64,000 bases of DNA from an uncultured Bacilli bacterium (GCA_944372115.1 CALVYH010000002.1:34898-98897); one strand, 5' to 3'. Shown: positions 19,536 to 29,918, counted from the first letter of the stretch. Notes: a model not told the origin generated them from the sequence alone. Numbers and translations are program-made.

Positions 19536-20084
19536 ATGAAAAGAGTAAAAAAATTAGTCATAGTATCAATATTATCAATGTTTTTATTTTCTTCGTGTAA
19601 AGATAAAAATTCTTTTATCTATAATAATTTAGAAAAAGAAGCATCACATTTTATATTTAGAAGTTTTTCAATAGATGAATTTTCAATGATGGAACATTTA
19701 GAGTCTTACTTTTATGAAATTCCTTTAACAGAAGAGCGTTATAAAATAATTGATTATGAAACTTATAATGAAAGGTTAAATAGTTTTAATATAAAAGCTC
19801 ATAAAAATGATATATCTTTAGGAAAATTAAATAAGGAAGATTTAATTAATAAAACAATTATCGAAGTGCCTTTACTTTCAGGAAGTGGATCTTATAAAGT
19901 GTATTTTTTAGATATTTCTAATAATAAAGAAAATATTAAGTTAAATTTTCTTTTAGATAATTATGTATGTGATACGTGTGGCGTTACAGCAGATGCAGTA
20001 ACTCATCTTTATTATGTTTATTTAGATAACTCAATTTATGATTTAAATAAACCGATTAAAATAAATTATGATAGTTTAATGTAG
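19536..20084 (+). CDS. hypothetical lipoprotein
   Basis: Signal peptide with lipobox LFSSC. Confidence 0.5.
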   Translation: MKRVKKLVIVSILSMFLFSSCKDKNSFIYNNLEKEASHFIFRSFSIDEFSMMEHLESYFYEIPLTEERYKIIDYETYNERLNSFNIKAHKNDISLGKLNKEDLINKTIIEVPLLSGSGSYKVYFLDISNNKENIKLNFLLDNYVCDTCGVTADAVTHLYYVYLDNSIYDLNKPIKINYDSLM

Positions 20085-20176
20085 TTAATTCTTTATTATG
20101 TTTACTTTTTTAATAACTAAATAATTTAATATAATTAATAAAAAATAACTTTTATTTTTAAGGAGATTAATAATTT

Positions 20177-20692
20177 ATGGATACTTATGAAACAATATTA
20201 AAAAGAAGAAGTATAAGAAGTTATTTAAGTGATAAAGAGGTTGAAAAAGAAAAGGAAGAAAAATTAATTAATGCTGCTTTTCATGCGCCTATAGCAAGTG
20301 CTAGATATGATAATTTATTAATTAAAATATATAAAAATGAAAAATTAAAAGAATTACAAAACGAGCTTATTTCTTTAACATCTAAAGATAATACTTATAA
20401 TGCTCCATTACTATTTTTAATTTATCATAAGGGAGAAAATGTTGATTTAGCTAATTTAGATACTGGAGCAATTATTGAAAATATTTTACTTGAAGCAACA
20501 AACCTTTCTTTAGGTAGTTTATTTATTTATTCTTTTGTTAGGTTAGCAAAAGAATATCCTTCTTTATATAAATATTATGAAATTAAAAGAGATGATGGTA
20601 ATTATATTTTAAGAAGTATAGTTTCTATTGGATATATCGATAAAGAAAATGTTAGTAATATTGATCATAAAATGAAAGTTGAAATCGAATAA
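20177..20692 (+). CDS. nitroreductase-family protein
   Basis: N-terminal ILKRRSIRSY motif typical of the nitroreductase fold. Confidence 0.6.
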   Translation: MDTYETILKRRSIRSYLSDKEVEKEKEEKLINAAFHAPIASARYDNLLIKIYKNEKLKELQNELISLTSKDNTYNAPLLFLIYHKGENVDLANLDTGAIIENILLEATNLSLGSLFIYSFVRLAKEYPSLYKYYEIKRDDGNYILRSIVSIGYIDKENVSNIDHKMKVEIE

Positions 20693-20787
20693 ATAATCTT
20701 TATTTAAAGTAATATAATAATATTCTCTTTTACTTGTTGTAAATATCTTATATAATAGTATTCATTACTAGATGAGGTCGTTTTATT

Positions 20788-21510
20788 ATGAGTGTGAGAG
20801 ATATTGAATTACCAAATTATAAATTAAGACATGAACTTTTTAATTCAATTAGTCATGGAGCAGGAAGTGTTTTTGGAATAATTATTTTTATTTTATGTAT
20901 GTTAAAAATAAATGGTGTTTTTATTCCTAACACCCTTCATTTAACATCTTTAGGAGATAAAATATACGCTAACATTTCCGTTTCTATATATTTTTTAGGA
21001 ATAATAACATGCATGACAATGTCATGCATTTATCATGCTCTAAAAAAGAATAATGGGAAAAGAGTATTTAGAGTTTTAGATCATTCATTTATATTTTTAC
21101 TTGTTGCAGGAACATATACTCCTTATTGTTTAATTACTTTAAGAGAAGCTAGTTTTTATTCTATTCCTCATTCTAATTTTGCTGGATGGATATTATTAGC
21201 TATTGTATGGATTTTATGTATTTTAGGGATAGTTTTTAATTCAATAAATATTAAAAAATTTGCAGCATTTTCAATGGTTATGTATATAGTTAGTGGATGG
21301 AGTATTCTTCTTTTTGTTTACGAAATTTATTCCTTATTAGAATTTAATGGATTTATGTTACTTCTTTTTGGAGGAATTTCTTTTTCAATAGGTGCAATTT
21401 TATATGGGTTAGGCGCTAAAAAAAGTGTTTGGTGGCATACAGTATTTCATTTTTTTGTTCTTTTTGGAGTTATCTTACAAGGCTTATCAATTTATTTATA
21501 TGTTTTATAA
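20788..21510 (+). CDS. hemolysin III family (PAQR/YqfA) membrane protein
   Basis: Seven predicted TM segments, HGAGS and DHSFIFLLVAGTYTPY motifs. Confidence 0.75.
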   Translation: MSVRDIELPNYKLRHELFNSISHGAGSVFGIIIFILCMLKINGVFIPNTLHLTSLGDKIYANISVSIYFLGIITCMTMSCIYHALKKNNGKRVFRVLDHSFIFLLVAGTYTPYCLITLREASFYSIPHSNFAGWILLAIVWILCILGIVFNSINIKKFAAFSMVMYIVSGWSILLFVYEIYSLLEFNGFMLLLFGGISFSIGAILYGLGAKKSVWWHTVFHFFVLFGVILQGLSIYLYVL

Positions 21511-21534
21511 AATTTTATCCTAAATTTGTATAAA

Positions 21535-21577
21535 AAAGTTAAGGACTTTCTATAATGTGTTCTTAACTTTTTTTATA
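21535..21577 (+). terminator. rho-independent terminator
   Basis: Stem AGTTAAGGA/GTTCTTAACT, then T7. Confidence 0.6.
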
Positions 21578-21617
21578 TATTTTTATATAATTTAAGAGTC
21601 ATTTTAGGAGAAAAATT

Positions 21618-22463
21618 ATGTACAAAATTGTAAGAAAACATGTTTTTAATCCAACAGAAACCTTATTTGAAATCGAAGCTCCTGAGATTGCTAAAAAAGC
21701 TCAACCTGGTCAATTCGTTATTTTAAGAGGTGATGAAAATGCAGAAAGAATTCCTCTTACTGTTGGGGGTTATGACAGAGAAAAAGGTACTGTCACTGTT
21801 ATTTTCCAAATTGTTGGTGCTTCAACATTTAAATTAAATCAACTTAATGAAGGAGACTCTTTACACGATTTCGTCGGTCCATTAGGAAGACCAACTGAAA
21901 TTACAGGTGAAAAAGTTTGTGTCGTTGGTGGTGGTTTAGGATGTGCTATTGCTTATCCTATTGCTAAAGCTTTCCATGATGCTGGAAAAGATGTTACATC
22001 AATTGCTGGATTTAGAACAAAAGACCTAGTTATTTTAGCCGATGAATTTGAAGCTAATTCAACAAAATTTATTCCATGTTCTGATGATGGAACTTATGGT
22101 AGAAAAGGCGTTGTTACCGGACCTTTAGAAGAATTATTAAAAAATGGTGAAAAATTTGATAAAGTCATCACCATTGGTCCTGTTATCATGATGAAATTTG
22201 TTACTGAAGTTTGCAAAAAATATAATGTTCCAGAATGTGTTTGTTCAATGAACCCAATTATGATTGATGGAACAGGTATGTGTGGCTGCTGCCGTTTAAC
22301 AGTTGGTGGTCAAACTAAGTTTGCTTGTGTCGACGGTCCAGATTTTGATGCTTATGAAGTTGACTTCAATGAAGCAATGAATAGAGGTAGATTCTATAAA
22401 GCATTCGAAAAGAAGGCTTATGAAGAAGCAAAATGTAATTTACTTAAAAAGGAAGGTAAGTAA
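21618..22463 (+). CDS. nfnA: FAD/NAD-binding small subunit (NfnA/PyrK-like) of ferredoxin:NADP oxidoreductase
   Basis: PyrK-like N-terminus. C-terminal 2Fe-2S motif CSMNPIMIDGTGMCGCC. Adjacent to a GltD-like subunit. Confidence 0.7.
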   Translation: MYKIVRKHVFNPTETLFEIEAPEIAKKAQPGQFVILRGDENAERIPLTVGGYDREKGTVTVIFQIVGASTFKLNQLNEGDSLHDFVGPLGRPTEITGEKVCVVGGGLGCAIAYPIAKAFHDAGKDVTSIAGFRTKDLVILADEFEANSTKFIPCSDDGTYGRKGVVTGPLEELLKNGEKFDKVITIGPVIMMKFVTEVCKKYNVPECVCSMNPIMIDGTGMCGCCRLTVGGQTKFACVDGPDFDAYEVDFNEAMNRGRFYKAFEKKAYEEAKCNLLKKEGK

Positions 22464-22465
22464 TT

Positions 22466-23878
22466 ATGTATAAAGAATACAAAATGAATCCAAGAAAAGA
22501 TAAAAACCCAATGCCTTCTCAAGATCCAAAACTAAGAGCTCATAATTTTGAAGAAGTTGCACAAGGTTATACAGCTGAAATGGCAATTGATGAAGCTAAA
22601 AGATGTATTGGATGTCCAAATAAACCATGTGTTGCTCATTGTCCAGTTAACATTAATATTCCTGATTTTATTCATGAAGTTGCTTTAGGAAATTTTGAAA
22701 AAGCATATGAAATTATTTCAGAATCAAGTTCTTTGCCAGCAGTTTGTGGTAGAGTTTGTCCTCAAGAAACACAATGTGAAATGAAATGTACAAGAGGTAT
22801 TGCTCCAGGAAGTGAACCTGTTGCAATTGGTAGACTTGAAAGATTTGTTGCTGATTATCATAATGCTCATGCAGAAGATAAACCATCGAATATTGTTAAA
22901 AATGGCCATAAAGTTGCTGTTATTGGTTCAGGTCCTTCAGGATTAACATGTGCTGGAGATTTAGCTAAAAAAGGTTATGATGTAACTGTTTTTGAAGCTT
23001 TACATTCAGCAGGTGGCGTTCTTGTTTATGGAATTCCAGAATTCAGATTACCAAAAGCTATCGTTCAAAAAGAAGTTGACGGCTTAAAGAAACTTGGCGT
23101 TAAAGTTGAAACAAATATGGTTATTGGCAGAGTTATCACAATTGATGAACTCCAAAAAGAATATGGTTTCGAAGCTATTTTCATTGGTAGCGGCGCTGGT
23201 TTACCTAACTTCTTAAAAATTCCAGGTGAAAATCTAAACGGTGTTTATAGTGCTAATGAATTTTTAACTAGAACTAACTTAATGAAAGCTTATTTACCAG
23301 ATGCAAATACTCCTATTGAACATGCAAAAAGAGTTGCAGTTGTTGGTGGAGGTAACGTTGCAATGGATGCAGCAAGATGTGCTTTAAGACTTGGCGCTGA
23401 ACATGTCTATGTTGTTTATAGAAGAAGTATGGAAGAGCTTCCAGCTAGAAAAGAAGAAGTTCACCATGCTATGGAAGAAGGAATTGATTTCTCAACACTT
23501 TTAATGAATCCTGTTGAAATCTATGGTGATGAAAATGGATTAGTTAAAGGAATGAAAGTTGAAGTCATGAAACTTGGAGAACCAGATGCAAGTGGTAGAA
23601 GAAGACCAGTTGGAACTGGTGAATATAAAGATTTAGATGTTGATTGTGTTATTATTTCAATTGGAACATCTCCAAACCCACTAATTAAACATACTACCGA
23701 AGGACTTGAAACAAATCCTCATGGATGTATTGTTACTAAAAATGAAAACGGCTTAACTTCACGTCCACATGTTTATGCAGGTGGTGATGCTGTTACTGGT
23801 GCAGCAACAGTTATTCTTGCTATGGGAGCAGGTAAAGCTGCTGCTAAAGCAATTGATGAAGAATTAAGTGCTAAATAG
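22466..23878 (+). CDS. nfnB: GltD-like NADPH-dependent oxidoreductase subunit (NfnB)
   Basis: Cys-rich N-terminus CIGCPNKPCVAHCP, FAD/NAD Rossmann motifs VAVIGSGPSG and VAVVGGGNVA. Confidence 0.75.
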   Translation: MYKEYKMNPRKDKNPMPSQDPKLRAHNFEEVAQGYTAEMAIDEAKRCIGCPNKPCVAHCPVNINIPDFIHEVALGNFEKAYEIISESSSLPAVCGRVCPQETQCEMKCTRGIAPGSEPVAIGRLERFVADYHNAHAEDKPSNIVKNGHKVAVIGSGPSGLTCAGDLAKKGYDVTVFEALHSAGGVLVYGIPEFRLPKAIVQKEVDGLKKLGVKVETNMVIGRVITIDELQKEYGFEAIFIGSGAGLPNFLKIPGENLNGVYSANEFLTRTNLMKAYLPDANTPIEHAKRVAVVGGGNVAMDAARCALRLGAEHVYVVYRRSMEELPARKEEVHHAMEEGIDFSTLLMNPVEIYGDENGLVKGMKVEVMKLGEPDASGRRRPVGTGEYKDLDVDCVIISIGTSPNPLIKHTTEGLETNPHGCIVTKNENGLTSRPHVYAGGDAVTGAATVILAMGAGKAAAKAIDEELSAK

Positions 23879-23902
23879 GTTATTATTTATTTAAAAATAT
23901 TA

Positions 23903-23930
23903 AAAAAGAGGCAATTTTGCCTCTTTTTTA
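23903..23930. terminator. bidirectional rho-independent terminator between convergent nfnB and asnA
   Basis: Stem GAGGCA/TGCCTC flanked by an A-run and a T-run. Abuts the asnA stop codon. Confidence 0.7.
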
Positions 23931-24929
23931 TAATAGATGAATATTATGTTTTTTACAAAATTCTATTGTTTTATCATCCCAAATCGATGCTTCAACCTCT
24001 CCAATATGTACTTTATTTAACATAACTAAACACATTCTAGATTGACCAATACCTCCTCCAATTGATAAAGGGAGTTTATCTTCCATTAAAAGTTTATGCC
24101 AAAAAAGATTTAATCTATCTAAAGTATTAGTGATTTTAAGTTGTTTAACCAAAGATTCTTTATCAACTCTTATACCCATACTTGAAAGTTCGACAACATC
24201 ATTTAAAGGTGGATAATAAAGAATAATATCGCCATTAAGTGACCAATCATCATAATCAGGTGCTCTTAAATCGTGAGGATTTTTATTGCTTAATTTTTTA
24301 CCAATTCCAATAACAAAAATCGCATGATTATGAGTTTTTGCATATTCTAATTCTCTTTCTTTACTCGATAAATTTGGATAGAGTTTTAATAATTTTTTAG
24401 ATGTTATAAATTCGATATTTTTTGGGAAATAATTAACTAATGAAGGATACTTTTTAATAGTTTTTTCGTTAATTTTTTTCATTACATTATAGATTTCTCG
24501 AACTGTCTTTTTTAAATATGTTAAATTTCTATCTTCTTTAGAAATAACTTTCTCCCAATCCCACTGGTCGACATAAATTGAATGGATGTTATCCATATTT
24601 TCATCTCTTCTAATAGCGTTCATATCAGTATAAATACCATTATGAAGAGGAATTTTATATCTAGCTAAAGCAAGCCTTTTCCACTTTGCAAGAGAATGAA
24701 CAACAACAGCTTCTTTATTTGGGATTGATTTAATATCAAAACTAACTGGTCTTTCGATTCCGTTTAAATCATCATTAATACCACTATCACTATAAGTAAA
24801 AAGAGGTGCGCTAACTCTAATTAAATCTAATTTTTTAGCTAATTCATTTTCAAAATTATCTTTAATATATTTAATCGCGACTTCAGTATCTAATTCACTT
24901 AATATTGATTTATAATTTCTTACTTCCAT
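23928..24929 (-). CDS. asnA: aspartate--ammonia ligase (asparagine synthetase A). Start probably at the internal Met (MEVRNYKS).
   Basis: AsnA-like length and motifs (LIRVSAPLF, SIGGGIGQSR). RBS-like AGAAAGGAT ahead of the ATG at 24929. Confidence 0.75.
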   Translation of the reverse strand: MEVRNYKSILSELDTEVAIKYIKDNFENELAKKLDLIRVSAPLFTYSDSGINDDLNGIERPVSFDIKSIPNKEAVVVHSLAKWKRLALARYKIPLHNGIYTDMNAIRRDENMDNIHSIYVDQWDWEKVISKEDRNLTYLKKTVREIYNVMKKINEKTIKKYPSLVNYFPKNIEFITSKKLLKLYPNLSSKERELEYAKTHNHAIFVIGIGKKLSNKNPHDLRAPDYDDWSLNGDIILYYPPLNDVVELSSMGIRVDKESLVKQLKITNTLDRLNLFWHKLLMEDKLPLSIGGGIGQSRMCLVMLNKVHIGEVEASIWDDKTIEFCKKHNIHLL

Positions 24930-25057
24930 AATGTTTTTATCCTTTCTAATAAAAGCAAAGCAAATAAACAACAATAAAAATATTTTACATTAACTTTTAT
25001 TTTTGAAAATATATAAATTCTTTATTCTTAAATTAATTAATTTATAATTATTAATGT

Positions 25058-26569
25058 ATGGAATATATTTTATCAAGCAAAGAGATGAAGGAGGCTGATC
25101 AATATACAATTGCTTCTTATGCTTCATCTTTAGAATTAATGGAAAGAGCGGGTCGCTCAATTTTTGAATTTTTAAAAACTAATTTTTCAAAAGGTTTTTA
25201 TTATTTAATAGTTACTGGAAGTGGAAATAATGGTGGAGATGGATTTGTAGTTGCAAGATTTCTTTTAGAAAACGGCTATAAAGTCGATGTTTATGAAGCT
25301 AGTGAAGCTAAAAGTAAAGAAGCTATTGAAAATAAAAAAGCCTTTTTAAAAGAACCGATTAAAGAATTAAATATTAATAAAAATACGATTGTTATCGATG
25401 CTATTTTTGATTATGGATTAAATAAAAATATCGAAGAGCCATATTTATCTATAATTAGAAAAATTAATGAAAGTGAAAAATATAAGGTAATAAGTGTTGA
25501 TATTTCTAGTGGCATCTCTTCTTCTAATGGAAAAAAATTAAATGAAGCAATTAAAAGTGATATAACACTTGCTTTAGGTGAATATAAACTTGGTCATTTT
25601 TTAAATGATGGTAAAGATTATAATAAATTAACAATCAAACTTGATATTGGAATTGTTTTACCAAAAAAAGATTATATTAAAAGATTAGATAAAGAGGATT
25701 TTAAGGATTTATTTATAAATAGAAAAGAAAATTCTAACAAAGGAACTTATGGAAAAGTTACTTTGTTAGGAGGAATGGAAAAAACTCCTGGCGCATTGAT
25801 TTTAGCTTATAAATCATATATTTCATTAAAACTCGGTGTCGGATATAGCGAACTTGCTTTTCCTAGATCATTAAAGTTTTTATATTCTTCTTTAACTCCA
25901 GAAATAATTTATCACCCTTTAAAAGATACAAAAGATGGAAGAATTAAATTTAATAAAAAAGATTTAGAATCGATGCTAAATAGTAAAGTAATAACTATTG
26001 GGATGGGAATTGGAATTAGTAAAAACGTTTATAAAATAATTAAATATTTACTTAAAAATTATAAAAACAATTTAATTATTGATGCTGATGGGCTTAATTC
26101 TTTAGCAAAATACGGAGTTGATATTTTAAAAGAAAAAAGAGAATGTAATGTAATTTTAACTCCTCATATAAAAGAATTTTCTCGTTTATTTAAAAAAAGC
26201 GTTGATGAAATTAAAGCGACAAGAGTAAAATTCGCTAAAGAATTTTCTTATCTTTATAATGTTTATTTAGTTTTAAAAGATAATTCAACTTTAATTGTTT
26301 ATAAAAACGATGCTTATTTAAATACAAACGGAAATAGTGGACTTGCTAAAGGAGGAAGCGGGGATCTTTTAAGCGGACTTATTGCTGGAAGTGTTTCTTT
26401 AAATAATAATAAAGAAGATTTATTAAGGAAAATAGTTTTAGGAAGTTATATTTTAGGAAGAAGTGCTGATATTTTAAAACTTCATGAAAGAGTTAATGAA
26501 TTTTCGCTTATTCCTTCAGAAATTGTAACGGTTGTGAATAAAGTAATAAATGAAATAATTGGTTATTAA
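25058..26569 (+). CDS. nnr: bifunctional NAD(P)H-hydrate repair enzyme Nnr (epimerase plus ADP-dependent dehydratase)
   Basis: YjeF-N motif TGSGNNGGDGFVVAR and C-terminal GGSGDLLSGLIAG. Confidence 0.8.
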   Translation: MEYILSSKEMKEADQYTIASYASSLELMERAGRSIFEFLKTNFSKGFYYLIVTGSGNNGGDGFVVARFLLENGYKVDVYEASEAKSKEAIENKKAFLKEPIKELNINKNTIVIDAIFDYGLNKNIEEPYLSIIRKINESEKYKVISVDISSGISSSNGKKLNEAIKSDITLALGEYKLGHFLNDGKDYNKLTIKLDIGIVLPKKDYIKRLDKEDFKDLFINRKENSNKGTYGKVTLLGGMEKTPGALILAYKSYISLKLGVGYSELAFPRSLKFLYSSLTPEIIYHPLKDTKDGRIKFNKKDLESMLNSKVITIGMGIGISKNVYKIIKYLLKNYKNNLIIDADGLNSLAKYGVDILKEKRECNVILTPHIKEFSRLFKKSVDEIKATRVKFAKEFSYLYNVYLVLKDNSTLIVYKNDAYLNTNGNSGLAKGGSGDLLSGLIAGSVSLNNNKEDLLRKIVLGSYILGRSADILKLHERVNEFSLIPSEIVTVVNKVINEIIGY

Positions 26570-26605
26570 CTTTTAAAATAAAAAAATGAAGAAAGGTAAA
26601 AAATT

Positions 26606-29600
26606 ATGGGAAAAGTAGAAGAAAATAATAAAAAGAATGGGAAAGTAAGTTTTAGGCAATGGATTTTATTTATATTAATTGGATTTGCCGGTCAACTTGC
26701 TTGGAATGTTGAAAATATGTATTTAAACAAATTTATTTTCTCATTCGGAGATCAAAATTACTCTTTAATGATTACTTTAACTGTGGCAATAAGTGCGATA
26801 GTTGCTTGCTTAACAACTATTTTTATGGGTGCTTTATCTGATAAAATTGGAAAAAGAAAAATATTTATTGCTTTAGGTTATCTACTTTGGGGAATTTCTA
26901 CTGCTTCATTTGGGTTTATTAGTGTAGAAAATGTTTCTATTTTATTTCCTAGTTTAAGTGCTGCAAGTGTTGCTGCCATATTAGTCATTATTATGGATGC
27001 AATTATGACTTTTATTGGAAGCAGCGCTAACGATGCGGCTTTTAATGCTTATGTAACGGAAAATGTTGATGATAAAAATAGAGGAAAGGTTGAAGGAGTT
27101 TTATCAATTCTTCCTCTTATTGCCATGCTTGTTATATTTATTGGCTTAGATACTTTAACAACTTCAGGACATTGGGATTTATTCTTTTTTATTATCGGCG
27201 GGTTTGCTTTTATAGTTGGTATTATTTCTTTTTTCCTTATTCCAAAAGAGGAAAAAAGAAATAATATTGGTAAAAGGACTTATATAAAAACTATTGCTGA
27301 AGGATTTAGAATTAAAACTATTAAAAATAATAAAAGTTTATATATAATTTTAATTGCTTATTTAATATTTGGAATTGCTACACAAATATTTTTCCCATAT
27401 TTAATGATTTATTTCCAATACACTTTAAATTTCCAAGGATTAGATTTTATGATTTGTTTAGGTGTAGTTTTAATTCTTGGTTCGCTTTTAACTGTTTTAG
27501 CCGGAATAATGATGGATAAATTTGGAAAAAATAAACTTATTATTCCAATTATGATATTAGCTATTTTAGGTTTATTTTTAGTTTATTTTGTTAAACCTGG
27601 AGAATTAATTTTTGCAATTATTGCTGGAACTATCATGCTTTTTGGTTATATTTGTGGTGGATCAGTGTTAAATGCGATTGTAAGAGAAAAAATACCTGAA
27701 GGAGATGAAGGTATATTTATGGGAGTAAGAATGATATTTGTTGTTATGCTTCCTATGGTAAGTGGACCTTATATTGCTCAAGTTTTAGTTGATAATTTTG
27801 CGAATGGAACTTATATAGGTGATTATGGAACTCCTCAAAATTTACCTCCTGCTTTAATTTGGCTAGTTTCAGCAATTGTTTTAATATTTATTTTCGTTCC
27901 AATTTATTTTTATTTAAAAAAAGAAAAAAATGATAAAAAAAAGAAAGAAAAAGAAAACTTTGGTAAAGTTAATAATGGAATTTCTTATAAAATTGAAAAA
28001 GAAAATCATGATGAAAATTTTATTCCTTTAAAAGAACATCCAAATCCATATTTTAAGAGAAATAATTATCTTTCAATTAATGGATATTGGGATTTATATA
28101 TAGGAAAAGAAGAAAGTTTCCCTTCTTTTTATAATAAAAAAATACTCGTTCCTTATGCGATTGAATCACCTTTAAGTGAAGTTGAAGTAAATGTTTTACC
28201 TGATGATGTTATTTTTTATCATAAAGAAATAATTTTACCTTTAGAGATGTATGGCGAACATCTAATTATTAATTTTTTAGGCGTTGATCAAACTTGCGAA
28301 CTTTATGTTAATAAGATGCTTGTAATGAAAAATGAATCTGGATACAATTCTTTTTCTTATGATATTCGCCCTTTAATTAAAGAAGATAGGAAATTGGAAA
28401 TTATTTTAAAAGTAAAAGATGTTAGTGACACTTCTTACTTTTCACGTGGAAAACAATCATTAAATAGAGGTAATATTTGGTATACAACTACAAGTGGAAT
28501 TTATAAACCTGTTTATTTAGAAAGCGTATCTTCTAAGGAATATATTAAATCTTTTAATATAATTCCTGATGCAAATGAAGAAACGATTAAAGGTATTATC
28601 GAAACTAATAGTGGATATACTTGTTTATTAAAGGTTGGAGAAGAAGAATTTTTAGTCGAGCCAAATAAACCATTTTCATTAAAAATAAAAAATATTCATT
28701 ATTGGAATTTAGATGACCCATATTTATATGGTGTAAAAATTAAATATTATGACGATGAAATTTCTTCCGTTTTAGGTTTTAGAAAAATTGAAATTAAAAA
28801 GAAAAATAATAAAAACAGGTTATTTTTAAATAATAAAGAAATAATTTTAAAAGGTTTATTAGATCAAGGCTATTATTTTAAAGGAAATTTAACTCCTGAA
28901 AAGTATGAAGACTATTACGAAGAAATTAAAAAAATTAAATCCTTAGGCTTTAATACTTTAAGAAAACATATAAAACTTGAAATCCCACTCTTTTATTATT
29001 ATTGCGATAAATTAGGCGTTTTTACTATTCAAGATATCGTTAATGGCGGAAGAAGTTATGATAAATGGACTATTCAATCACCATTAATTTTAAATACTCA
29101 TAAAAAAGATATCGATAAAGATTATAAAAAATTTAAAAGAGAAGATGAAAAAGGAAGAGAAGAATATTTAACTGATTTAAACTTTACTCTTTCTTTATTA
29201 TCATCCTCCCCTTCAAATATCATAATTTGTTTATTTAATGAAGGATGGGGTCAATTTGATTCAACATTTTATTATAAATACACGAAATATATCGTTAAAA
29301 ATAATAAACTTATCGATACTGCTAGTGGATGGTATGATAATGAAAATAGTGATTTTTATAGTAAGCACGTATATTTTTTACCTATTAAAAATATAAAAAT
29401 GAAAGGTAAAAGAGCCTATTTATTAAGTGAATTTGGTGGTTATTCTCTTTATTTAAAAGATCATTTTTATGGCAAATCACCTTATGGATATAAAAAATTT
29501 AAAGGTAGTAAGTCTTTAACTAAAGCTTATGAAAGATTAATGATTTCAGTAATTAAATCATTAAAAAAAGATATGGTTGGTTTTATTTATACTCAATTAA

Positions 29601-29713
29601 GCGATGTTGAAGATGAAGTGAATGGTTTATTTACTTTTGACAGAAAAATATTAAAAATAGATGAAAACACAATTAAAAATATAAATAAAAAAGTAGATGA
29701 ATTAACAAAATAA
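26606..29713 (+). CDS. fusion protein: N-terminal 12-TM GPH/MFS-type sugar symporter (about aa 1-440) joined by a K-rich linker to a complete GH2 (beta-glucuronidase-like) glycosidase domain (about aa 470-1035)
   Basis: MFS motif A GALSDKIGKRK. GH2 sugar-binding domain HLIINFLGVDQTCELYVNKMLVMKNESGYNSF. TIM-barrel acid/base CLFNEGWGQ (NE motif) and nucleophile LLSEFGG. C-terminal NGLFTFDRK segment as in UidA. Confidence 0.75.
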   Translation: MGKVEENNKKNGKVSFRQWILFILIGFAGQLAWNVENMYLNKFIFSFGDQNYSLMITLTVAISAIVACLTTIFMGALSDKIGKRKIFIALGYLLWGISTASFGFISVENVSILFPSLSAASVAAILVIIMDAIMTFIGSSANDAAFNAYVTENVDDKNRGKVEGVLSILPLIAMLVIFIGLDTLTTSGHWDLFFFIIGGFAFIVGIISFFLIPKEEKRNNIGKRTYIKTIAEGFRIKTIKNNKSLYIILIAYLIFGIATQIFFPYLMIYFQYTLNFQGLDFMICLGVVLILGSLLTVLAGIMMDKFGKNKLIIPIMILAILGLFLVYFVKPGELIFAIIAGTIMLFGYICGGSVLNAIVREKIPEGDEGIFMGVRMIFVVMLPMVSGPYIAQVLVDNFANGTYIGDYGTPQNLPPALIWLVSAIVLIFIFVPIYFYLKKEKNDKKKKEKENFGKVNNGISYKIEKENHDENFIPLKEHPNPYFKRNNYLSINGYWDLYIGKEESFPSFYNKKILVPYAIESPLSEVEVNVLPDDVIFYHKEIILPLEMYGEHLIINFLGVDQTCELYVNKMLVMKNESGYNSFSYDIRPLIKEDRKLEIILKVKDVSDTSYFSRGKQSLNRGNIWYTTTSGIYKPVYLESVSSKEYIKSFNIIPDANEETIKGIIETNSGYTCLLKVGEEEFLVEPNKPFSLKIKNIHYWNLDDPYLYGVKIKYYDDEISSVLGFRKIEIKKKNNKNRLFLNNKEIILKGLLDQGYYFKGNLTPEKYEDYYEEIKKIKSLGFNTLRKHIKLEIPLFYYYCDKLGVFTIQDIVNGGRSYDKWTIQSPLILNTHKKDIDKDYKKFKREDEKGREEYLTDLNFTLSLLSSSPSNIIICLFNEGWGQFDSTFYYKYTKYIVKNNKLIDTASGWYDNENSDFYSKHVYFLPIKNIKMKGKRAYLLSEFGGYSLYLKDHFYGKSPYGYKKFKGSKSLTKAYERLMISVIKSLKKDMVGFIYTQLSDVEDEVNGLFTFDRKILKIDENTIKNINKKVDELTK

Positions 29714-29720
29714 ACCTATT

Positions 29721-29750
29721 GACTCTTAATACTATTAAGAGTCTTTTTTT
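29721..29750 (+). terminator. rho-independent terminator
   Basis: Stem GACTCTTAATA/TATTAAGAGTC, then T7. Confidence 0.8.
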
Positions 29751-29918
29751 CTAAAATAAACTTTATAAATGGTTAATTTTTGATATAATAATCTTCGTAT
29801 TTAGGGAGTAGCTTTTAAGTTACTATTCGACAATCACGATTTTATTGTTTATAAATCCGGATGTAACAAGATATTTCTTAGCAAGACTAAATATCAAATA
29901 ATTTTTTAGGAGAAAAAA

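Noticed and set aside
29751-29918. M-box (Mg2+) or other riboswitch ahead of the P-type ATPase
   Set aside because: The ~130-nt leader after a TGATATAAT extended -10 lacks M-box conserved blocks. The ATPase is Ca2+-type (P2A), not MgtA-type.
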